Assembly: GCA_934474225.1 (NCBI GenBank)
Contig: CAKSLU010000001.1
Coordinates: 26,599 to 90,598 of the forward strand
Reading direction: 5' to 3'
DNA: 64,000 nt
Origin: an uncultured Eubacteriales bacterium
GTDB taxonomy: Bacteria; Bacillota; Clostridia; Oscillospirales; CAG-272
This document shows positions 38,755 to 46,237 of the stretch, one piece after another. Every line of letters begins with the position of its first letter. The stretch's first letter is position 1. The notes beneath the pieces were generated by a model. It worked only from the letters and a program-made list of their open reading frames with translations. It made no database searches and had not been told where the DNA came from. A program made the translations under genes and the position numbers.

Positions 38755-40515
38755 ATGAGTATGGAAGCGATTGCAGCATTGATGGATGAAAAGCTGTTTG
38801 CCGTGTGGTTTCTGATCGGCGCGGCACTGGTGTTCTGGATGCAGGCGGGCTTTGCCATGGTGGAGACCGGCTTCACCCGTGCGAAGAATGCAGGCAACAT
38901 CCTGATGAAGAATCTGATGGACTTCTGCATCGGCACAGTCGTGTTTATCCTGATTGGCTTCGGGCTTTTCCTCGGCGAGGATTTGGTCGGGCTTATCGGC
39001 AAACCCGGATTTGATATTTTCACCGCCTATGCGGACTTCAACTGGTCGGCATTCGTCTTCAACCTGGTGTTCTGCGCAACGGCGGCGACCATTGTTTCCG
39101 GCGCGATGGCAGAGCGCACAAAATTCCTTTCGTATTGCATTTATTCCGCCGTGATTTCGGCTTTTATCTACCCGATCGAGGCACACTGGATCTGGGGCGG
39201 CGGCTGGCTCTCGCAGATCGGCTTCCACGACTTCGCCGGTTCTTGTGCGATTCATATGGTCGGCGGTATTTCGGCGCTCATCGGCGCAAAAATGCTCGGA
39301 CCGCGCATCGGCAAGTTTACAAAGGATAAGACGGGTAAGATTGTCAAGGTCAACGCCTTCCCGGGGCACAACATCACCATCGGTTGCCTCGGCGTGTTCA
39401 TCTTGTGGCTCGGCTGGTACGGGTTCAACGGCGCGGCGGCAACCTCCGTCGCACAGCTCGGCTCCATCTTTGTGACCACGACGGTTGCACCTGCCGTTGC
39501 AACCGTGGTCTGCATGACTTTCACCTGGCTCAAATACGGCAAACCCGATGTGTCCATGTGCCTCAATGCGTCGCTTGCCGGACTTGTCGCCATCACGGCG
39601 GGCTGTGATGTCACCGATGTGGCGGGCGCAATCGTTATCAGTGCGGTTTCCGGCGTGCTGGTCGTCTTCGGCGTGTGGCTGTTGGACTACAAACTGCATA
39701 TTGATGACCCGGTCGGCGCCATTGCCGTCCATTGCCTCAACGGCATCTGGGGCACGATTGCCGTCGGTCTGTTTGCGACCGATACGGCGCCCGGTTACAG
39801 CATTGCAGACAAGAGTGGTGTGAAGCTGGTCGGCCTGTTCTACGGCGGCGGCTTTGAACTGCTCGGCTTGCAGCTGCTCGGCGCGGCTACGGTGGCACTT
39901 TGGACGGCAGTGACGATTACGATTACCTTCATCCTGATTCGCAAGACGGTCGGTCTGCGTGCCTCCGAGGAGGAGGAAATGCTGGGGCTGGATGTGACCG
40001 AGCACGGGCTTTCCAGTGCCTATGCGGGCTTTGCCTTCCTGCCCGAGACGCTTGCGCCCGAGACGATGGAAGAGCCTGTCGTGGTTGCCGGTGACACGCC
40101 GGTTGCCGAGGCAGTTGAGGTCAAGGCAATGCCGACCTTCGCGGGACCGCGGGACGGCAAGAAGCTGACCAAGGTGGAGATTGTCTGCAAGGAGGCAAAG
40201 CTCGAGGCGCTGAAGGATGCCATGATGGCAATCGGCATCACGGGCATGACCGTGTCGCATGTCATGGGCTGCGGCGCGCAGAAGGGCAAACCAGAGTATT
40301 ACCGCGGCGCACTCGTCGAGGCAACGCTGCTGCCGAAGATTCAGGTGGACATCGTGGTCAGCAAAGTGCCTGTTTCGGCGGTCATTGAGACGGCGAAAAA
40401 GGTGCTGTACACCGGGCATATCGGTGACGGCAAAATCTTCGTCTATGATGTGGAGAATGTCGTCAAGGTCCGCACCGGCGAGGAGGGCTATGACGCCCTC
40501 CAGGATGTAGAATAA
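38755..40515 (+). CDS. amt: ammonium transporter (Amt) fused to a C-terminal P-II (GlnB/GlnK) domain
   Basis: WMQAGFAMVETGFTRAKNA and AGSCAIHMVGG Amt motifs. After a linker of about 50 aa comes a full P-II domain (KVEIVCKEAKLEALKDAMMAIGITGMTVSHVMGCGAQKGKPEYYRGA...GDGKIFVYDVENVVKVRTGEEG). Confidence 0.9.
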   Translation: MSMEAIAALMDEKLFAVWFLIGAALVFWMQAGFAMVETGFTRAKNAGNILMKNLMDFCIGTVVFILIGFGLFLGEDLVGLIGKPGFDIFTAYADFNWSAFVFNLVFCATAATIVSGAMAERTKFLSYCIYSAVISAFIYPIEAHWIWGGGWLSQIGFHDFAGSCAIHMVGGISALIGAKMLGPRIGKFTKDKTGKIVKVNAFPGHNITIGCLGVFILWLGWYGFNGAAATSVAQLGSIFVTTTVAPAVATVVCMTFTWLKYGKPDVSMCLNASLAGLVAITAGCDVTDVAGAIVISAVSGVLVVFGVWLLDYKLHIDDPVGAIAVHCLNGIWGTIAVGLFATDTAPGYSIADKSGVKLVGLFYGGGFELLGLQLLGAATVALWTAVTITITFILIRKTVGLRASEEEEMLGLDVTEHGLSSAYAGFAFLPETLAPETMEEPVVVAGDTPVAEAVEVKAMPTFAGPRDGKKLTKVEIVCKEAKLEALKDAMMAIGITGMTVSHVMGCGAQKGKPEYYRGALVEATLLPKIQVDIVVSKVPVSAVIETAKKVLYTGHIGDGKIFVYDVENVVKVRTGEEGYDALQDVE

Positions 40516-40519
40516 AGCG

Positions 40520-40745
40520 AAACCGAAAGAGTAGCACGGATAAGGTCGGTACAGCGAGCGCGGGATGGTGAGAGCCGCGCGCGGCTCCCGGTGTGAAGAA
40601 CACTTTCGCGGCATGCCGCCACGCGGTTTGCCGTGCTTTCGCAGACAGTTGAATACGAGGGATACCGACGGAATTTTCCGCACGGATAATACAGGTGGCA
40701 CCGCGGGCAGCACAGCTCGTCCTGTGAAACAAACGATGTGCCGTG
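40520..40745 (+). promoter_or_regulatory. T-box leader, probable Asn (AAC) specifier
   Basis: Stem I base AGCACGG(40533-39)/CCGTGCT(40631-37) preceded by AAAGAGTA. Candidate specifier GAAG-AAC-A (AAC 40599-40601). Stem III CGGAAttTTCCG. T-box sequence ACAGGTGGCACCGCGGG (40691-40707). Confidence 0.75.
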
Positions 40746-40771
40746 ACTGTATGAATTTCGGAGGGATTTCT

Positions 40772-42352
40772 ATGTGTTCGATTATGGGCTATTGCGGGAA
40801 GGACATCACCGCAGAAAAATTCAAGGAATGCTTTGACAGAACCTTGTCGCGCGGACCGGATATGTCGCGCGTGGTTGATACCGGCAGCGGGCTGCTCGGC
40901 TTTCACCGCCTTGCGATTATGGGGCTGTCGGAGAGCGGCATGCAGCCGTTTTCGGCAGACGGCAGCTATGTGGTCTGCAACGGGGAACTCTATGGCTTCC
41001 GCAAGACCAAAAAGGAGCTTGAAGCCAAAGGATACCACTTCGTCAGTGACTCCGACTGCGAGCTTTTGCTGCCGTTGTATCGGGAATACGGCACTGCTAT
41101 GTTTGAAAAGCTGGATGCCGAATTTGCGATGGTTCTCTACGACGGCAAAACGGGGCAATACATTGCCGCGCGCGACCCGATTGGCATTCGCCCGCTGTTT
41201 TACGGCTACACGGACGGCGGCACTGTCGTTTTTGCCAGCGAGGCGAAAAACCTCGTCGGTCTTTGCAAAAAGGTCATCCCGTTTCCGCCCGGGCACTATT
41301 ATAAGGACGGCAAATTCGTTTGCTATCGCGACATCAGCCGCCCGCAGGCCGTCTGTCATGACGACCTTGAGACTGCCTGCACAAAGATTCGCGAAAAGCT
41401 GATTTGCGGCATCGAAAAGCGGTTGGACGCGGATGCGCCGCTCGGCTTTCTGCTGTCGGGCGGGCTGGACTCCTCGTTGGTTTGCGCTGTGGCGGCAAAA
41501 CTCTTGAAAAAACCGATTCGCACCTTTGCCATCGGCATGAGCACCGACGCAATAGACCTCAAATATGCAAAGCAGGTCGCCGACTATATCGGCGCCGAAC
41601 ACACCGAGGTCATCATTACAAAGGAAGACGTGCTCGCTGCGCTGCCCGAGGTGGTTGCTCTGCTTGGCACCTATGACATCACCACTATCCGCGCATCTAT
41701 CGGGATGTATCTCGTCTGCAAGTACATTCACGCGCACACCGATTTGCGCGTGCTGCTCACGGGCGAGATTTCGGATGAACTGTTCGGCTACAAATATACC
41801 GACTTTGCGCCGTCTGCCGCCGCCTTTCAGGCGGAAGCGGAGAAGCGCATCCGTGAGCTGTACATGTACGATGTGCTGCGCGCCGACCGCTGCATCTCGG
41901 TCAACTCGCTTGAGGCGCGCGTGCCGTTCGGCGACCTCGACTTTGTCAGCTATGTGATGTCGCTCGACCCCGAGATGAAGCTGAACCGCTACGGCAAGGG
42001 CAAGTATCTCCTGCGCCATGCGTTTGAGGGCGACTGGCTGCCGCACGACATTCTGATGCGGGAGAAGGCGGCGTTCAGTGACGCGGTCGGCCACTCGATG
42101 GTGGATGACCTCAAGGCATTCGCCGAAAGCCGCTACACCGATGCGGAATTTGAAGAGAAGTGCAAGGCATATATCTTCGCCAAGCCCTTTACCAAGGAAT
42201 CGCTCCTTTACCGCGAGCTGTTTGAGACCTATTATCCGGGGCAGGCAGAGATGGTGGCGGACTTCTGGATGCCCAACAAGAGCTGGGCGGGCTGCGATGT
42301 GAACGACCCCTCTGCCCGCGTGCTTGCAAACTACGGCGACAGCGGCAAATAA
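40772..42352 (+). CDS. asnB: asparagine synthase (glutamine-hydrolysing)
   Basis: MCSIMGY start (Cys2 Ntn nucleophile), LLSGGLDSS PP-loop, GGAGGG SD. I trimmed the start from ORF 40565. Confidence 0.92.
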   Translation: MCSIMGYCGKDITAEKFKECFDRTLSRGPDMSRVVDTGSGLLGFHRLAIMGLSESGMQPFSADGSYVVCNGELYGFRKTKKELEAKGYHFVSDSDCELLLPLYREYGTAMFEKLDAEFAMVLYDGKTGQYIAARDPIGIRPLFYGYTDGGTVVFASEAKNLVGLCKKVIPFPPGHYYKDGKFVCYRDISRPQAVCHDDLETACTKIREKLICGIEKRLDADAPLGFLLSGGLDSSLVCAVAAKLLKKPIRTFAIGMSTDAIDLKYAKQVADYIGAEHTEVIITKEDVLAALPEVVALLGTYDITTIRASIGMYLVCKYIHAHTDLRVLLTGEISDELFGYKYTDFAPSAAAFQAEAEKRIRELYMYDVLRADRCISVNSLEARVPFGDLDFVSYVMSLDPEMKLNRYGKGKYLLRHAFEGDWLPHDILMREKAAFSDAVGHSMVDDLKAFAESRYTDAEFEEKCKAYIFAKPFTKESLLYRELFETYYPGQAEMVADFWMPNKSWAGCDVNDPSARVLANYGDSGK

Positions 42353-42362
42353 AATATATAGC

Positions 42363-42393
42363 AAAAAGGCAGTCCGTTCGGACTGCCTTTTTT
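42363..42393. terminator. bidirectional intrinsic terminator
   Basis: A5 GGCAGTCC gttc GGACTGCC T6, between convergent genes. Confidence 0.85.
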
Positions 42394-42394
42394 G

Positions 42395-43753
42395 TCATTT
42401 CAGATTCAGGGTAACGCGGTTTTCGCCCTCTGTGTAGAGCACCGCGTCGCGCTCATCAAAAATCGAATCCAGGTGTGCAAAATAGTCGGCGCGGTTCGGG
42501 AACTGCACCTTTGCGTTAGCAAGAATGAACTTCGCTTTTGCCGCGTCGTCCTGCAGCAGTCGGGTGAGCAGCAGATATTGCGCGACCAGCGAATCGTCAA
42601 GGGCGCTGTCAAAGTCCATGACGGCATATTCGGGGCTGTGCCCAACGCCCACCGAGCCGCTGCCGTAGCAGTGCAGGGCGGGCATGACGGCGGCAATGTC
42701 CGCCATATCCGTGCAGCCGGTCTCCCATTTTGCCTTGGAGCAGTTGTAGACGGCTTTGTCTGCGCCGACAACCTCGGAAAAGACTTCTATCGCGAGCTTG
42801 CAGAGGTTGTCGTCATAGGTGGCGGGCAGATACCCCGGGCGGTCGGACAGATGTACCTTTGCACCCACGGCGGCGGCTGCCGCGGCGACGGCGCGATTGA
42901 CGCGCGCATTGACTGCGCTGCACGCCTTGATATTTGCGGCGCGCACCAGGTTCTCCATGACGACCTTGCCGGGAATGCTGTTCACCGCCGTTCCCGCTTC
43001 GGTCAGAATCGGGTGCACGCGCGTGTAGTTCATTTCGGGGAAGGTCGAGCGCAGTGCATGGATAGCTTGCAGGGCGAGAGAGGCGGCATCCAGCGCGTTG
43101 ACGCCGCAGGAGGGCGTGGCGGCATGGGCTGCCTTGCCCGTGAATACGGCTTTTTTGAGAATACAGCCGTTTGCGCCGCTGTTGATCCAGAAGTTGTGCT
43201 TGCCGCCACCCGTGTGAATCAGAAAGGCAAGGTCGCAGTCGTCAAAATAGCCGCGATAGAGAAATTCCTGCTTTCCGCCGAAGTAACGAATGGTGCCGCT
43301 CTGCCGCAGCGACTCCCGAAAGCTGTGCTCAACCAGTTCCTCCGCCGGCACGGCGCAGAGACGGATGCTGCCGCACAGACCGTCAAGCGCACCTGGCTCG
43401 GCAAGCAGGGCGGCAAGACCGAGCAGGACGGCGCTCTGCGCGTTATGCCCGCAGGCGTGCGCAGCATGCGTCTCGGGGTCTTCGTGCGGATGCCCCGGCA
43501 CCGGCAGACCATCCAGCTCGCCGAGAATCAGCAGCTTCGGTCCGACACGCCCCGTGTCGATGTCGATCACAAAGCCGGGAATGTCCCCGGCGAGCCTTGG
43601 CTTGTAGCCGAGCTTTTCATATTCCGCCGCCAGATAGGCGGTTGCCTTCCACTCCCGAAACCCTGTTTCGGGATGCGTGAGCATGTAGTCAAATGCAGCC
43701 TCCATCAGCGGGCGCTTTTCTTTTGCTTTTGCAAACAGTTGTGCTTTGTCCAT
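42395..43753 (-). CDS. M20 family amidohydrolase/peptidase (AbgB-like)
   Basis: HPETGFREWKT..., ELDGLP..., HACGHN metal-binding motif, AEE catalytic pair. Confidence 0.7.
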   Translation of the reverse strand: MDKAQLFAKAKEKRPLMEAAFDYMLTHPETGFREWKATAYLAAEYEKLGYKPRLAGDIPGFVIDIDTGRVGPKLLILGELDGLPVPGHPHEDPETHAAHACGHNAQSAVLLGLAALLAEPGALDGLCGSIRLCAVPAEELVEHSFRESLRQSGTIRYFGGKQEFLYRGYFDDCDLAFLIHTGGGKHNFWINSGANGCILKKAVFTGKAAHAATPSCGVNALDAASLALQAIHALRSTFPEMNYTRVHPILTEAGTAVNSIPGKVVMENLVRAANIKACSAVNARVNRAVAAAAAAVGAKVHLSDRPGYLPATYDDNLCKLAIEVFSEVVGADKAVYNCSKAKWETGCTDMADIAAVMPALHCYGSGSVGVGHSPEYAVMDFDSALDDSLVAQYLLLTRLLQDDAAKAKFILANAKVQFPNRADYFAHLDSIFDERDAVLYTEGENRVTLNLK

Positions 43754-43768
43754 CGTGTACCTCTGTTG

Positions 43769-46237
43769 TTATCTTGTAATCTGTCGGAGCATGTAAATCA
43801 CATCGGCAAGGTTTACTTTGCCGTCGCCGTTCATATCCGCACCGGTCGGCGCTTTACCGTTCAGCACGGCGGAAAGCGTATAAAGCGCGTCTGCGATGTT
43901 GAAAATACCGTCTCCGTTGACATCGCCCTGCAAAGTGCCGAGCGTGCAGCGCACGCTGGTGCCGTCCGTGAAGTACAGCACCACGGTGTAGGTCTCTTTT
44001 TCTGCCGCGCGGACAAAGGCAAGCCCCGCCTCCGTATGCACGCCGTCATAGCGGACGCCGTCCACCTCGGCAGCGGCAACCGTCTTGCCTACGGGAATCT
44101 CCAGCGCCGCATAGGTACCGGCAACGCCGTATTTGGCGGCGATAAAACGCTCGGTCGAGCGGTAAATGTCGCCGACGGCGAGATAACCGAGCTGCGCCAT
44201 CGAGGTGTAATTGCCCTCGCTGTCCGCACAATCCGGTTCCATGAGCAGCGCCGCGATATAGGCGCGCGTGCCGTCGACCGGGATGAGGTATGCGCCTGCA
44301 GAGAAGGTGACGGTCTCCGCCGCGCCGAGCGATGCCGCAGAAGTACTGCCGCTGTAGTGCTGCAGGGACAGGGAAGTACCCGCATCTAATCTGCCGTAAG
44401 CGATACCTTGCTTGTCGAGCAGGCGAAGTACATTGTCGATTTTCGCCGCATCGGCAGGAATAACATAGGCAGTCGGCAAGGTGCGGTATTTGCTCGCCGT
44501 GTCGTAGGTGTAGCGATAGGTCAGGTTGTCCGCATGGCGCACGGTGCCGTCCGCTGCAACAAGCGGATTGTTCCAGGTGAGGGCATTTTCTGCATTGCGG
44601 GACAGTGCGTGCCAAAGGACAATCGGCGTTTTGCCGTTGTAGATTTGCGCGCTTTTCGCAACCGATTCGCGTGCCGCCGCCACGGTGGCGGCAATCTGCC
44701 CGTCTGCCGCCAGTGTCTCTGCAAACAGTGCTTTCAACGCGGCGGTGTGCGCATAGGTGCGCCGCTCGATAAAGCAGCTGCCGATGTTGTAGCCGGGTAC
44801 TTCGATAATCATGGAGATGCAGCCTGCGGCATGCAGGTAGGCGGAGCCGAAGCCTGCAAAGCGGTCAGGTTCATAATAGTAGCCTCGAAGTCCGGTCATT
44901 TCGGCATCGGTACGCGCCTTTTCGGCGAGGTCGCGCCCGATGTCATAGGAGGCTGCGCGATTTCCGGCGAGAATCGATTGAATGTCCGTGAGTCCGCTGT
45001 TGAACTGGATGCCGTACATGATGCCAAAGTCGTACAAATCGGTCAAAAGCTCGCCTTCCGACCAGACCGGGTCGCCCGCGGTCTCGTGGAGGTCAACGGC
45101 GACGGTCGGCATAAACAGCTGACTTGCATAGGCAACTCCGGCGATTTCGGGGCTGGTCAGCGCCATATAGTCGCGGTTCAGATTGGGTACCTTCGCATTG
45201 TTCGGCGTCTCCCGCGCGTAGCTGTAGAAGCCGTCCGGGTTCAACCGTGGGATAACGACGACGGCGCCGACGCTGTCATTCTCCAACAGCGCCCTGCCGT
45301 AATCGCCGCACAGCTCCGCAATCATGGCAAGCGCACCCTCCGTGCCGGACGGCTCGTTGCCGTGGATGCCCGCTGTGATGAAGAAAACTTCGCGGCTTTT
45401 GTCCTTGGTGACGAGTTTTGCTGCTTCTTCCACGGTCGCCCCCTGCGGAACGGCATCCCCCGTGAAGAGGACAAGCGGCAGCGTGTAGCCGCCCGGCGTC
45501 GTCGCGCAGGTGTAGGTATACATGTAGTCGCATGCCGCCGCCTTTTCGCGGACAAATGCGACAAGCTCTTCGTTTGTGGTAAACTTCTCGCGCAGGACGG
45601 TACCGGCGCGGGACGCGAAATACGGCGTGTCCGGCGTTTTGTAGCCGGTCAGCTTTTTCGCATCGTAGTAAGCGGCGAGAATCTCATCGGTATGCGTGGC
45701 ACTGCGCTTGGAATCGTAACCGCTGCCGTCCGTTTCGGCAAATTCCAGCGGCAGGCTCTGTGTTTCGCTTCTGCCGGTTACATACACGGCGCGGCGGATA
45801 AAGTTTTTGCCGTCATAGACGACGGTCGCCGTATACAAACCGGGGGCAAGACGGTAGGTTGATGAGGTTTCTGTGGTGGATGCCGCCGCGATCCAGTCAC
45901 CGCTCCGCGCCGCACCGGGACGCAGGCGGCAGGTACAGCCCGCAAGATAGTTCACGGTGACTTCAACGGTGTCATGCGCGCCGGCAAAGTCGATTTTGTA
46001 GGTGTTTCCGCTTTGCATCAGCGTTTCCGCATCTTGCGGCAGGTAGGTGACGGATGTATCGGGCGCCATGTTTTCTGCCGTCAGATAGGCAATCGGCAGC
46101 GGCAGACCGCTGATGGCAAGCTGCGTGCTGCCGGAGAGCGTGCCGACGGTGAGCGGCGCGCCCGCGGCGAGTGTCAGTTTACCGCCGCCGCGGAGGGAAG
46201 TGAGCGCGGATGCAACGCCAATCTGCGCAGTATACAT
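43769..46237 (-). CDS. M14 zinc carboxypeptidase domain + C-terminal dockerin; probably the 3' part of a frameshifted larger gene
   Basis: ITAGIHGNEPSG (HxxE zinc site), RLNPDG, NLNRD and VDLHE motifs. C-terminal duplicated GDVNGDGIFNIADA / DMNGDGKVNLADV dockerin repeats. There is no signal peptide and no SD at ATG 46237. Confidence 0.7.
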   Translation of the reverse strand: MYTAQIGVASALTSLRGGGKLTLAAGAPLTVGTLSGSTQLAISGLPLPIAYLTAENMAPDTSVTYLPQDAETLMQSGNTYKIDFAGAHDTVEVTVNYLAGCTCRLRPGAARSGDWIAAASTTETSSTYRLAPGLYTATVVYDGKNFIRRAVYVTGRSETQSLPLEFAETDGSGYDSKRSATHTDEILAAYYDAKKLTGYKTPDTPYFASRAGTVLREKFTTNEELVAFVREKAAACDYMYTYTCATTPGGYTLPLVLFTGDAVPQGATVEEAAKLVTKDKSREVFFITAGIHGNEPSGTEGALAMIAELCGDYGRALLENDSVGAVVVIPRLNPDGFYSYARETPNNAKVPNLNRDYMALTSPEIAGVAYASQLFMPTVAVDLHETAGDPVWSEGELLTDLYDFGIMYGIQFNSGLTDIQSILAGNRAASYDIGRDLAEKARTDAEMTGLRGYYYEPDRFAGFGSAYLHAAGCISMIIEVPGYNIGSCFIERRTYAHTAALKALFAETLAADGQIAATVAAARESVAKSAQIYNGKTPIVLWHALSRNAENALTWNNPLVAADGTVRHADNLTYRYTYDTASKYRTLPTAYVIPADAAKIDNVLRLLDKQGIAYGRLDAGTSLSLQHYSGSTSAASLGAAETVTFSAGAYLIPVDGTRAYIAALLMEPDCADSEGNYTSMAQLGYLAVGDIYRSTERFIAAKYGVAGTYAALEIPVGKTVAAAEVDGVRYDGVHTEAGLAFVRAAEKETYTVVLYFTDGTSVRCTLGTLQGDVNGDGIFNIADALYTLSAVLNGKAPTGADMNGDGKVNLADVIYMLRQITR

